Shown: positions 38,901-63,173, numbered from the stretch's first letter. The stretch is DNA of 64,000 nucleotides from Chrysomallon squamiferum (GCA_012295275.1 CM022673.1:18600001-18664000), one strand, 5' to 3'. Numbers and translations are program-made. The notes: generated by a model from the letters alone, not told the origin.

Positions 38901-41793
38901 CCTATCCATTCTCACACATTTTCTGCTAGATGTACGTATCAAAGAGATAAGAAAAAAATTGTTAGATATAAAAAATAAAGAGAGAGAGAGAGAAAAAGAA
39001 AAGAAAGATATTTATTACCAGTGCGGATTCAGAATTTCGGAAAAGTGATGGATATTTTTATTTTATTGGCTATAAAAAAAAATGAAAAGCATATTTCTAT
39101 TAAATTATGTGCTTTATGTTTGTAACCAAAGGGGTAATTTTTCTAAATATTAATGTCCTTTAAGATAAATTCACAAAGGAAGAAAAAGAAAAAAGAAAGA
39201 AGGAAAAGGCAAAAAACAAAGAAAAAGTCATGTTTACACGACAGTCGCAGTGAACTGATGTATTTTGTATCACATTTCACACAGTTACGTAAAATAACGC
39301 AAATGCTTAGTCAAAGCCGTATGGCGTACTTAAATGTAAGTATAGTGAAAACGTCCATACCGCGTACTCACACTACTGTGCTAAAAACGACATATTGCCT
39401 TATTCGGCGTTAGTTCGTAAATAAATTAACTACACTTACTGTAGTGTGGTAAATAGACCGATGTTAACTCGACGTATCACATATTCACTCACAACGGTAA
39501 ATTCACATTTACCATTATATTCACACTCACTGTCTGGGATTAATAGATATTCCGTGTACTGAATCCTGTGGTAAACAGACGTAACTATGCATTTAACGTG
39601 TTCAAACACGAACTCTGCTGTAGCTGTGTGAAATTTGTTTAAAGAGAAACCAGGAAACTCACGCGACAGGATCGATATTATCGACACTGATGTTAGCGAG
39701 CTAACAATCGAAACATAATATCAAATCCTTCAGCTCAGTGTAATTTTTTAATAAAGCTATTTAGTAGCCGTAGGCTGTTATGCAAAAATTAAAATATTTT
39801 AACTTTTTGTCTATGATATAGGAAATGTATATACCTGAAATGAAAATTATTTATATGTTAGGCTAATGAGGCTTATATTTCGTTTTAATGTGTGTTCATG
39901 AAAAACACTAGGTAATGTTTTGCTGTAAACCTATACTTATATTGTAGTGTGTATGTTCACTGGTGAGGAAAACAAAATATGTAGACGGTCTGAACGTTTA
40001 AAATTTATAGTTATTAAAAATGAAATGGCAAATGCATAATCGGTACCTTATCAAGGTGGATTTGGTGAAAGTCAGGGGTTAAAGACAAACAAGAATGCTT
40101 TGGTCTGATTGTACTGTTTGATGGTGAAGTTGGTTTGTTACAAAACGAAAAATGTTTTTTTTCCGAATCGCAACTAGCGAGAAGACATTGAGATGGGAAT
40201 GAAAAGGTTGACCCGAATGGAAAGTGAATATTTTATGAAGAATATTTTCCTATGTTTTGGGGTCATTAAGTTTCAGTTCAGCTTGTATAACAGATTACAT
40301 TCGATGAATCATGATTTATACACCGATAGCATGTCAGCACACTGTTAATGATTTACATCAGTTTCATAAATAATTTCTAGAAAGCACGAAAGACGGAGAC
40401 GACGACATTACACTACTTCTCTTTGTGTCACTGTGAAAATAATAATAAAAAATATATTTTTCGATCAATGCTTTTGTATTGGCAAAGAGACAACAGTCTA
40501 TTCTTTTTGAAATATTTGGATTGAATCGATAACAATAAACATCAGTAATGTCGAACGTAGAAACATCACTGACGTCTTTGTCCTTTCTAGTTTATTTCTA
40601 TAAATAACTGCTGCAGCGTCAAACTACAGCAACACAAAGATTGTACGGGTGTTTATTCAACCGTGTCAGCCGCAGATACCGAGTGAGAGAACGCGTCATT
40701 TCAGTGAGGTTTAAAAACTGCTATTATTGACAGCACGATCATTCGACATAATCATATTTTTATAAGGTTGTTTTACATACGTATATCCAGGGGTTACTAT
40801 AATCTGCTACAAGTGTGTGATTCTGGTCACTTTCTGCTTGACCTCTCTGTCCACATCACGTATTTATAGATTAAAGTATTAAAATGAGACATAAAACAAA
40901 TAAACAAATCGTAATTTACCCAGCATTCATACCGTAAAACCATAATCCTAATAATAAAATTTACATTAATATTTATATTTTTATAAATATCTTCTTTGCT
41001 TTCTTCTTTTTATTTTTATTTTTGCTTTCATCTGTTGCTTAAATATAAAATGTTCATATATATAAAGGAGGCTAAATAAATGTGCTGATTTGATAAATAA
41101 AAACACTAGATTTATCATATATTACTGTCAGATAGAAAACTAAATTAAGTATCACATTGAACATGCAAAGCACACGTATAAATATATGTGAATGTGTGTG
41201 TGCGTATGTGTGTGTGTGTATATATATATATATATACATACAAACAGTCAGATATATATATATGTACAGAGACATTCTTATCCAGAGATAACAAAATAAG
41301 TACATATAAATATGCATACAACATACACATAAAGTTTTGAACAAAGTAATTAATTTTAAATACATAACAACTTTGAAGATAGATGTATATTCTGCTTTTA
41401 AATACAACTGTAAAGTATCCGTTACAGATAGTAGAATGAAGGCAAGTTATTCATGCACACATTACTTTATCTAAAACCTTTAGCAGTATCCTGTACGAAA
41501 ATATAAGTAAGAAAACTCTTAATAATAAGGTTTTATTTCTGAAATGTTTTCTGCATCAAAAAACACGTATTACCATGTGGTAAGCGAACGTGTTTGACAA
41601 AAGAACACTGAACGCTTTGTTCACGTTACACAGATCAATATTTCAGATTAATATTTAATGTTCTGCATTAATGATCTTAAGCTATTATATACTGCCTAAT
41701 GAAAAGAATAAACCAGACGGAATATAAAATAAAGATAGAGAAACTACACAGCTTACCTGCTACGTATATTATGAAATGTGATGTAAAATCCAT
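30739..41793 (-). CDS. Secreted ~440-aa protein with five tandem six-cysteine domains (uncharacterised)
   Basis: Exons 41757-41793, 38367-38469, 37859-37971, 37006-37069, 36582-36733, 35443-35554, 34616-34743, 33019-33097, 32612-32832, 32177-32270, 31438-31577, then either 30998-31034 plus 30739-30775 or 30955-31034. All are GT-AG with phases alternating 1,2,1,2 and no stops. N-terminus MDFTSHFIIYVAAILPVVTP-KC is signal-like. Confidence 0.88.
33700..34510 (+). mobile_element. Degenerate L1/Tx1-like RT fragment in intron 7
   Basis: SGLDGLTGEFYLKFWDVLK...GIISLFYKKKGNK...PISRLNVDYKITVKVLANHLKKMMSRIISPDQT, then ADD and TGVKINIDKS...FEILGIHL. Confidence 0.88.
35745..35932. repeat. (CTA)n/(TTA)n microsatellite
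   Basis: About 60 trinucleotide units. Confidence 0.95.
38675..38835. repeat. ~79-bp tandem duplication (2 copies)
   Basis: AATCATGTTC(A/G)TATTTTGCAA...AATATGTTAAAA occurs twice. Confidence 0.85.
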
Positions 41794-43084
41794 TGTCGAG
41801 TGTTAGCGTGTAGTTTTCGTGTTTGTAAATAAATAACTGAGACAAAAAATCTCACTTGGTTTTCAAAATCAGAAATCGTTGTTAACCACACAGTTACTTC
41901 TCTATAACAATGTGTTTACTGAAAGACGACTGCTGATTGGTTCAGTTTGCGCATGTCCTCTGTGTCATCAAACTAAAATGGTTTTATAGTGCTATATTTA
42001 AGCTGGCGTTATGAAATTTTGATATGCAAATATTTATCTATTACAAGCGTTGTAGAAATCCAGTAACCTTATATATATGCACGCAGTCTTGTTTTCAATA
42101 TTTTACTCGTAAAATAGTTTACTTTTAAATTTAAAAAAATATCAAAGTAGATGTTTGTATTAGAGAAAGAAAAATAACATTTAGATTGTGGTTATTTATA
42201 TTTGTTTATAAATTTTACTCAATTTATAATTAACAAAAAATGATAGCTGAACCCATAGTATCCAGCTACAAAGATTAATGAAAGTCGATCCAATGACAAT
42301 GCATTTTATTCTCATAACCTGTATGATTACAGTTTACAGGAAAATGTAGTACAGATTATATAATGAGTTTTTTAAATTAAAATTAAAATGTACATGCGTG
42401 GAAGTTTAAGTTGGAGGACATACTTTCACACATATAATTCTTATAATTAGACTGTGCTTCTTTAATATAAATATATTAAATATATTATATGAAAATATAT
42501 TTCGATGTCTCATATACATTAAAATACAAAATGATATTCATCTCCAATTTTTGGAAGAGCACAAATATGATATTTTCTGTTTTCTCTTAGAATATTAAAC
42601 CACCTTCCAATTTCAGTTGTAAGCTTCACATTCAATTTACATAATACGTTATCATCTTTTGAGACACCACTGAAAGATAACTTTATCATTTCAATTCATT
42701 TTTGAATATTTTACAATGAATATTCAGTTTAATTCGTCCACTTTGTAAAACCAAATCATGTAATATTTTGAAACAATTACCATTGATTAACAATGATATC
42801 CAACCAAACAGATTAACGATAGTTGAACATATATTTAGCATTCAGCTACATGGATTAATGATATTTGAACCCGAAATATTCAGCTGAACCGATAGCATCC
42901 AGCTGCATAGATTAATGATAAATTAATCATATCTGAATCCGTATATGCTCTTATAATAAATGATCCATCAGAATCGAACTACATAGATGAACGCATCGTT
43001 TATAACACAAGCTAATGTTAACACAGTGGTTAATCAGATTCAGAAGTATGAACATAAATATGTTCTAAAAGTGTATAAGTAAAA

Positions 43085-43186
43085 CTTCTTGAACCAGACC
43101 TGTCAGAAAGCGTGCCCGTCGCAGACGTGCTTCACAACAGTTTGCTCTGATTAGCACGTTAATTTTTTTCCTATCCTATCCTATCC
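43085..43186 (+). mobile_element. Short retroelement 3' tail
   Basis: AGACGTGCTTCACAACAGTTTGCTCTGATTAGCACGTTAA plus (CCTAT)n. The same core is inverted at ~10045-10110 with a different simple-repeat tail. Confidence 0.5.
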
Positions 43187-43579
43187 AGAATTGACCGCCC
43201 CACATAACTGCAACACAGTCGTATTTCGAAGAACAGTCTTTTTTGTCCAGCGAACTCTTGAGCAGTTAGTGTCATCAAAATCAAGTGGCTAAAACTGTTT
43301 ATGCAATGACTAATGTTTTAGACATAAGCTTTAATTCAAGCAGAAGTCTTCAGCTTGTGGGAGTTTTTGAGGCTGTTGTTACAGTACCATCTGAATTGTC
43401 AGTTTTCTATTTTTGTGTGTGCGCTTTCTTTCTTTCTTTTCTTGCTCTTTTTCTTCTTCTTCTTTTTATATTTTTTATTTTTATTTTGTATTTGCTATGT
43501 GATTGGGGGTTTTTCTTCAGAAATTGTATCGCATAGCTGTATTCTATGACTACGATTTCCTCTTTTAAATTGCTGTAGT

Positions 43580-53306
<9,727 letters not shown>

Positions 53307-53580
53307 CCTCGGTATTATAATATTATTATAAACAAAACAAAAGTTGTAATAAATATAAGTTTCGTTATTTCTGTTTACATACACCTCTTAATACTCCGAC
53401 CTTGACCCCTTTCAATTTTGTGAGATAAAAATAGCTAAGAGTCTGTTTAACACCAGGGTATGTCGTCCAAAATAAGCCGACTAGCAAAAGAATACTATAA
53501 TCTACTGTTAGACGAGTGTTCAGTATTATTTTAAATTATAATTATATCCTATGTATTTATCTATGTCTGGAAGTATATGC

Positions 53581-53641
<61 letters not shown>

Positions 53642-54819
53642 ATTAGCTAAATTTCATTTAATTTTTGACAGATATAAAAGTTTAGTGTCACTGAAAGATT
53701 TATCAAAGAAGTTCATGAAAAAAACTAACAAAACTAATGGTGCTTATTATCTTGACTTGAAAAAATATTTTTCATATTCTTAGACGAAACATTGATAAAC
53801 GAATACTTGTTAGCTCTATTTCATTGTTTTCTTCTGTTTTAATCAAATTCATCGCAATATTTATTTATTTCACTGCTTACGCAACAAATGAAACAAAACT
53901 TGTCTGCACCTGAATGATATAGATACATGGATAACTGTTTAAGCTTTTGTCAATAAAACTGACTAATATATTTTTTCAGAAGAGGACAGCTTTGGCACGA
54001 GTCAAGAAGTCTATGGCCATTTAATAAAAATGTCTTATTGTTTTGATTTATGCAAGATAAAATATACTACTGTATCTGATCATACCAGAAATCTAAAAAA
54101 TAGCAACAACGTTATACAGATAGATAGATAGACACACAGACACACACACACAGACAGATAGATAAACTTCTCCAGGCCATATGTCCAGTTGGGTTAGCAA
54201 TGTTGTTACACAAAGTTTAAACGAGTATGAAAATAACGAAATAATGAACGTATGAATAGATTATTTCATGAATGTGTGAACTGAACGAATGAATGCATGA
54301 ATGACAGAAGGAAAGAATTCATGAATGAATTAATGAAGAACGAATAGCTGAATTAACGAATAAATAAATGGATTAATAATTAAATGAATAAACGAATTAA
54401 TGAATTAATGAAAGAAGAACGAGCAAATTGCACGAATGAATGGAAGAATGACTTTATTAAAATAATACAGAAATCCTTATATCCATTCATATGTGTTATC
54501 TTAGTAAATTTGCTAATTAAATTAAATTACATTTAATTAAACTAAGTTTCCTAATATTCATGTATATGTCATAGTAAATGTGCTATCCACAAACAAGATT
54601 AACCGAGAGTGAGGCACTTTAACCCTGAACAGAGATAAAAAACCAAATACACAAAGTCTGTGGAAAACAACTCAAACATGCGGACTCTGACCCGCGTCTC
54701 ACTGCACGAGTTACGCTCTATCAAGTATGCAGGCGTGTTTCCGTGTGTAGATGCACTTGCATATATAAATGTATCAGAATATAAAATTATATCTTTGTTA
54801 AAAGGTTTGGTTTACAGAC
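53307..54819. promoter_or_regulatory. Divergent intergenic region, possible bidirectional promoter
   Basis: 1.5 kb between the two ACSF2-like start codons in head-to-head orientation. Positional evidence only. Confidence 0.4.
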
Positions 54820-57800
54820 ATGTGTTCACTGCTTGTTAACATTTCAAGATGTTCTGTTTACTTACGCAGCCACGTTATGAAATGGAAAGCTTTAGTGAGG
54901 CCATTTGCATCTACGTCATGCAGGTAACAGGCACTAGGTTACGGAGGTTGTTTATTTTTGTATGTATATTTTGGGGGAGGGGGATTATTTATAACAGTTT
55001 AAGATATGAGTAAAATAATAAATATTTAAAATTTATATGTTTCTGCACTTCATTTACTTGATCTGTTCTCGATTAATTCATGTCATCGTCAATTTCATCT
55101 CCCTCTATCTTGCTTGCTTTATTTGTCCTTTATTCCTATTTCCTTTTTAATTCCTTTTATCTTCGCCTCTTCCTTTCTTCTTCACTTCTTTCTTTCTTCC
55201 TTCCTATGTCTGTCTCATTTCTTCCTATATAAATTACATTTAAAGAGTCTGTTACACTGCAGGAAGAAAGAAGACAAGTTAAAATGGAGCTATGTAAGTG
55301 GAGTTTCTGAGAAACCTCTGTTAGGAGTCACTGTTGGTCAGCGGCTGCAGACACAGGCAGAACAATTCCCAGACAGAGACGCCTTCGTTTTCACTAAGAC
55401 TGGTGTGAGGAAAACGTTTTCAGAACTTCTCACTGATGTAAGTATTTATACAACTTGTTCTCTTTGATTATCCACCAGATATTCATCGTCAGCGTCATTG
55501 TTGTCGTTACTGTTGCTGTTGCTGCTGCTGTTTCATTTTCGTTGTTGTTTAGTTTGCTTTCTTTAATTTGACCTACTTACTAGTTACTAGTTAGTTAGTT
55601 AGTCAATTAGTTAGTTAATTAGTTGGTTAGTTACTTAATTTGTATTATTATTACTGCTACTACTATTATTATTATTATTGTTATTATTAACATCATCATC
55701 ATCAGTCATCACTGTCATTATCATCGCCATCATCATCATCATTGTCTGAAAAGAAACTTATGGTAATTACTACAGATTTGTCATATTATCGATGATATTG
55801 TATTACTGGCAAGTCTCCGAGACCAGTTACGTTTAAAACAATGCAACAGACTGACCTTTTATCTTACTAACAGTGCAGCGAAGTAATTGAAGATTATCAG
55901 TGTAATATTGTAATGTCAATATAAACGTACCGTATGTTATAATCCTAATTACGTTTTTTTTTGTTTTCTAAGACTTTAAAAGTATGTAGAAACTTTACTA
56001 TCACTTGAAAAGTTTCGGAGATTGTGGATTATTGAAACGACATTTGTTACCACTTTGTATAAATGTTTTCAATTTACTGCTTTTAATTTAAAATAATAAT
56101 AAGAAGAAGATGAAGAAGAAGAAGAAGAAGAAATAAAAAGAACGAAAAGAAAAAGTCGTCTGTTAAATCACAAAAGATAAATATGAAAATTAAAATTAAA
56201 AATAATTGAATAGTTTCTATTATATATATATATGAATATGGTGTGATGAATGAAAAATAAGTAGTAATGTCTTTGTGTTTGAATAACCGCACTGTGATGT
56301 TAACGATGTAATTATTTTCAGGTAGATAAGCTTGCTGCGGGATTCTTATCTCTAGGCCTCAGACCCGGAGACAGAGTGGGTGTGTGGGGTCCCAACTCTG
56401 CCGAATGGTTAACCACGCTGTTTGCTGCAGCTAGAGCCGGATTAATACTGGTACTTTAAAAATACCTGTGTCTACAGATGTCACATAACCTGGATAATGA
56501 AGATTACAACGACATAATGATAAATATATGTAGCTAATTATATAATTTGGATTTCAAAAATGAAACATACAAAATATTTCTTTGTATTTTTCTTTAAATT
56601 CTCTTGATCATGTTTTTCATGCTATAGACAGACACCTATGTACGTTCGTAAGTTGAGTGTGTTTGTAAAGACGTGATTTTATTGTTCCATTGTGTTTATG
56701 CAGGTCACGATCACTTCAAATTTAAAAGCGAAGCAGATGGAGTATATATTAAATAAAGTGAGTACAGACTGAATGTTTATGTTCAAAAAACAACAACAAA
56801 ACAACCTCTGTCGCTATCATTAGTGGGAATGGAGAGAAGTGGGAAGGGCTAATATGAGATAAATGATACAAAAACAAATGAGCTATAATGCTAGTAAGAC
56901 ATACAAACAGCTGTACATGTCAGCTTCGTGTTACTTGTGTATTATCATAATATTCTAAAAGTAAGCCTTGTGGTTAAAAATAAAGAACTGGCTAAATATT
57001 ATTAGTGTATAAAATCAATAAATAAAATAAAATAAAATAAATAAACAAGTGAACAATGTTTCAGGTGAAGTGTAAGGCACTAGTTACAAGTATGTCTACA
57101 GCTGAAGTGGACTTCTACAACGTTTTGTTAGAACTGATTCCAGAACTTACAGCCGCTGCTCCAGGACACATCAAAAGTCGTCTGTATGATATTACATAAA
57201 TTAGCATATTAAACTAGTCCGTCTGTCCTGTCCACATCAAACTTACCCCACATTTCTTTTTCATCATTCTCTACTTCTTTCTCCCTCTCCGTATCTCCTT
57301 TACTAATTTTCTTTATCAACTCTTTGAGAAACGTAGCTCTTTAGAACAGTGCTGAACAGGGATGAATTTAGTCGAACGACCAATCATTTTCCTCTCTCAT
57401 TTCCACGCTCATCTCGCGACTGATCTATCAAATGTTATGATATGTGCTTTCCCTGTTAAGGGAAGGTTTGTGTAAAAGATCCTCTGCGCTTCAGTTTTAC
57501 TAAACAATTTATTTATCTTTCATAATCATCCTTATTTTCTTTCAGCTTACCTAATCTGGAAACTGTAATTATACCAGGACCGGAAAAACACCAGTAAGTA
57601 AAACATTTTGACAGAATAAAGTTTTTTTTCGTTCAGAACAAGTATCAGAGAGGGAAAGGAAAGCTGACAAGATGCAAGGAATGGAAGATGTAAATAAAAT
57701 TGAAAAAGAGGAGAAGCAAGGTGAACAGAAAAGGGAAAGTTAGAAATATATGGTCAGAAGATAGCCCGTCATTACAAAAATAGAAATGGATGACAAGGTG

Positions 57801-58379
57801 AAAAGACGATTCTAAATAAAACACTGATTTTTGTTTGAAAAAAAATCACAATATTTTTCTTTCACATTTTTGAATATCATGATATTTAATGACTTGAAAT
57901 TATCTTATTTTTATTACGTAAACATATTCTCCAGGGGGACATTTTCGTTCTGTGATGTACTGAATTTCGGTGGCTCCACTGAAAGACAAGACTTGTTTGA
58001 TCTACAGAGGAAAATACACTTCGATGACACAGCCTTCATAGTGTTTACGTCGGTAAGGTTTATTATTAATGAATAATTAAATCAGTAATTGTTTTGAAGC
58101 ATAACCATCCGTTATGTGTAAAACTTTATATTTTAATGCAACCAAGTAACAGGAATCTGCGGTATTTCTGTGAATGTTTAACTTAGGTCTAACTTTTTAG
58201 ACAAAAGAGTGTTACTAGTTGTAGTAGTGAAGAAAAACAACATATAATATAATTACTATAACTTTTATTATTATTATCGTTACTACTACTGCTACTACTA
58301 CAACTACTACTAGTGCTGTTCTTATCGTTGTTGTTGTTATTATTATTATTATCATCATCATTATCATTATTATAATAAT

Positions 58380-58433
<54 letters not shown>

Positions 58434-58961
58434 CTGTGGTAGTAGTAGTAGTATTTTAATCTCATATATCCGATATTAACTTTGTTATTAACTGATTCTG
58501 TAAGAGCATATTTATTTCAAACAAAGACAGGTTTGAAAGGTTTACTGAATCAAATTATACTCTCTCTACCTGTCTGTCTACAAGTCTACTGTCTGTCTCT
58601 ATATTTCTATATGTACCTCTCTCTCATATATATATATAAATCTTGATAGATGGATGAATGGGTGGATGTGTGGGATAGTGAATCGATGGATAACATAATA
58701 TTTTGACTATTTCATTAATTGCTCACTGCGTAAATGGCTTGAATATAAGGATTGTCTTGTTGTGTTATAACAGGTGTACATCTGTAAGTGCAGTGCCCAC
58801 TCTATTCACGGACATGCTAAACCACCCAGAACTGAAGAACTACGACCTGACGTCATTAGATAGAGGACTCATAGGTGGCTCTCCCATTCCGTCTGAAATA
58901 ATGAGACGAGTCATTCAAGATATGCATTTAAAATACCTAGCAGTAAGTAGCGAAATGTCAC

Positions 58962-59049
<88 letters not shown>

Positions 59050-62000
59050 AACACACACACACAAACAAACAAACAAACACACACATATAGATACATATAC
59101 ATATAATTATGCAAATACAAACACATAGTACCATATATAAACACACAATATAGAATTTACTGATAGAATAAGCGGCTTAATAAGAGAAACTTTTGATTTT
59201 CGTTTGAATTCTTAGCCAGTTTACGGATCCACTGAACTTGGACCGTTTGTGTTCCAGTCACTTCTGGAAGATTTAGATGAGTTACGATCGTCAACTGTAG
59301 GAACTGTTCAGAATCACACTGAAGTAAGATTCTCTTAGCTGGATAACGTTATAATCTGTGAGACTTCCCCAGCTGACGCTAAATGACAGGATTATCAGAC
59401 TGCTTGTTTATAACAAATATAATCTGTTAGCTCCTTAAGTCATCGTGCGATACTATATGAGTGGCTTTACGTTATCTTGCAATGTTTGAATATGTGTGTG
59501 TGTGTGTGTGTGTGTGCGTGTGTGTGTGTGTGTGGCTTTAAGTCAATGCATATGCTTGTTTCAAATGATTTATTTATATAAGTAAATAATCGTCACCATT
59601 TACAAAATATTTTATGTACTAATGTTTATAAAATATTAATTTGAACATCAATGAGTGCCCTGTTGTGTAACAAAAATAACGTTTTTTCTGGGAACAAAAC
59701 AGTCTTCATTTGTAAAATTTACAGTTTTCGTATACAAATACATTTATTTATTTATCATCATCATCATAACTATTATTATTATTATTATTATTATTGTTGT
59801 TGTTATTATTATTATTATTATTATTTAAAGGCAAAGATAATTGACAGAGATGGGAATGTTGTAAAAGTCGGTGAGTCGGGTGAGGTTTGCATTAGAGGAT
59901 ACAGCGTCTTTCACGAATACTGGAACGACAAAGAGAAAACCGACACAGTGTTAACAAAACACAGGTGGTTTCACACTAGGTAAATATTCCATTTTTCTTT
60001 CCTATATTTAACTTCATGTAAATTTGGCTTATATTTAATTTAATATCACTTCGTTTTACACTTAATTTAATATCACTTAGTTTTATACTTAACTACATAT
60101 CACTTTGCTTACACTTAACTACATATCACTTTGCTTACACTTAACTACATATCACTCAGTCTTACATTTAACTACATATCACTCTGTCTTACATTTAACT
60201 ACATATCACTTTGCTTACACTTAACTACATATCACTTTGCTTACACTTAATTACATATCACTTTGTCTTACACTTAACTACATATCACTTTGTCTTACAC
60301 TTAACTACATATCACTTTGTCTTGTCTTACACTTAACTACATATCACTTTGTCTTACACTTAACTACATATCACTCTGTCTTACATTTAACTACATATCA
60401 CTTTGTCTTACACTTAACTACATATCACTTTGTCTTACACTTAACTACATATCACTTTGTCTTACACTTAACTACATATCACTTTGTCTTACACTTAACT
60501 ACATATCACTCTGTCTTGTACTTAACTACATATCACTTTGTCTTACACTTAACTACATATCACTTTGTCTTTTACACTTAACTACATATCACTCAGTCTT
60601 ACACTTAACTACATATCACTTTGTCTTACACTTAACTACATATCACTTTGTCTTACACTTAACTACATATCACTCAGTCTTACATTTAACTACATATCAC
60701 TTTGTCTTACACTTAACTACATATCACTTTGTCTTACACTTAACTACATATCACTTTGTCTTACACTTAACTACATATCACTCTGTCTTGTACTTAACTA
60801 CATATCACTTTGTCTTACACTTAACTACATATCACTTTGTCTTACACTTAACTACATATCACTTTGTCTTGTACTTAACTACATATCACTTTGTCTTACA
60901 CTTAACTACATATCACTTTGTCTTACACTTAACTACATATCACTTTGTCTTACACTTAACTACATATCACTTTGTCTTACACTTAACTACATATCACTTT
61001 GTCTTACACTTAACTACATATCACTTTGTCTTACACTTAACTACATATCACTTTGTCTTACACTTAACTACATATCACTTTGTCTTACACTTAACTACAT
61101 ATCACTTTGTCTTACGCTTAACTACATATCACTTTGTCTTACACTTAACTACATATCACTTTGTCTTACACTTAACTACATATCACTTTGTCTTACACTT
61201 AACTACATATCACTTTGTCTTACACTTAACTACATATCACTTTGTCTTTCTTTAACTACTTACACTTAACTACATATCACTTTGTCTTACACTTAACTAC
61301 ATATCACTTTGTCTTACACTTAACTACATATCACTTTGTCTTACACTTAACTACATATCACTTTGTCTTACACTTAACTACATATCACTCTGTCTTACAT
61401 TTAACTACATATCACTTTGTCTTACACTTAACTACATATCACTTTGTCTTACACTTAACTACATATCACTTTGTCTTACACTTAACTACATATCACTTTG
61501 TCTTACACTTAACTACATATCACTTTGTCTTACACTTAACTACATATCACTTTGTCTTACACTTAACTACATATCACTTTGTCTTACACTTAACTACATA
61601 TCACTTTGTCTTACACTTAACTACATATCACTTTGTCTTACACTTAACTACATATCACTTTGTCTTGTACTTAACTACATATCACTTTGTCTTACACTTA
61701 ACTACATATCACTTTGTCTTACACTTAACTACATATCACTTTCCTTACACTTAACTACATATCACTCAGTCTTACATTTAACTACATATCACTTTGTCTT
61801 GTACTTAACTACATATCACTTTGTCTTACATTTAACTACATATCACTTTGTCTTACACTTAGCTACATAACACTTTGTCTTACACTTTATGCATCGTACA
61901 CAAACGCAATCAAAATGAAGTAAATAGCGTGACATTAGCCAACATGCAGGATATTCAGAAAGATAATGATCTAATATGTCTGCCCCTTACATTAATTAGA

Positions 62001-62800
62001 TATATATAAACACGAGAAAGATACTTTTGTATTCGTACTTTTTTCTTCTTTTGTCTTTATTCTGTTTTTGACTATACTGTCTCTCCGCTTAGTTATTTAT
62101 TTCTGCGACAATATTAGAGAACTCGACAACATTTATCATTTTAGTTTCCTCATCTCTGCTATTAAAGTATTTCATCGTTTACAGAGATATTGGTGTTTTA
62201 AACGAAGACGGCTATTTACAAATAGTAGGGAGAATGACTGACATGATAATACGAGGAGGAGTCAACATTTATCCTAAAGAGATTGAAGAGTTGTTGTATG
62301 ACCATCCAAAGATTCATGCAGCAGAGGTTTGTCAGAAAAATGTATTATACTTGTATATATCCAAACTCTGGTTTTACTTATATAATAGTATTTAATACAT
62401 TCAGAGAGGCATATGGTAAGTAATATACTGAATATGTTAAAACGAATCTTAATGTTGAGATACAGATCGTACATAGTTTGGAAGGAATAGTGTGATAAGT
62501 GATATAAAAACGAATAAGTATAATGGCAGTAAGACATAGAAAGAGCTGTATATTTCTGTGTGTGTGTGTGTGTGTGTGTCTGTGTGTCTGTGTGTGTGTG
62601 TGTCTGTGTGTGAAAACAGGAATTAAATATCCTATGACTGATAATTAACTATACACTCAGTCTTTTACAGGTATTTTAAATCGTCTATTTTAATTAGAGT
62701 GATAACTCTACATTCTTTTTCTGTAGTTATTGCTTATGATATTATGCCACTGTCACATACATCTTCTTCTTCTTCTTCTTTTTTTTCTTCTCATTATTAC

Positions 62801-62867
<67 letters not shown>

Positions 62868-62988
62868 GATTGATTGATTGATTGATTCTTTGTTGTTATT
62901 GATGATGATGATGTTTTCTGATGTTATTCTATTATCATATTATCATCTAGTCCGACGAAGTCTGACTGTAATAAATAATCGTCGGACT

Positions 62989-63036
<48 letters not shown>

Positions 63037-63124
63037 ACGACCAGACAGTCGCTGCTGCACGCTTTGCTGGTCAGTAGCCGTGTTATAAATAGTTCACAGT
63101 CGGGAAAACCGTTTCCTTTTTTAA

Positions 63125-63173
<49 letters not shown>

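Noticed and set aside
39200-39720. CpG-richer block with an 83-aa minus ORF in intron 1
   Set aside because: No recognisable domain or termini. It is probably an old repeat but I cannot support a call.
40920-40947. Extra micro-exon GLWFYGMNAG for the Cys-rich gene
   Set aside because: Its stronger donor is phase 2, which is incompatible with exon 2. Direct exon 1-2 joining already gives a clean signal peptide.
60040-61890. CRISPR-like array or repeat protein (312-aa and 234-aa ORFs)
   Set aside because: Units are contiguous with no unique spacers, there are no cas genes, and it lies in a eukaryotic intron.
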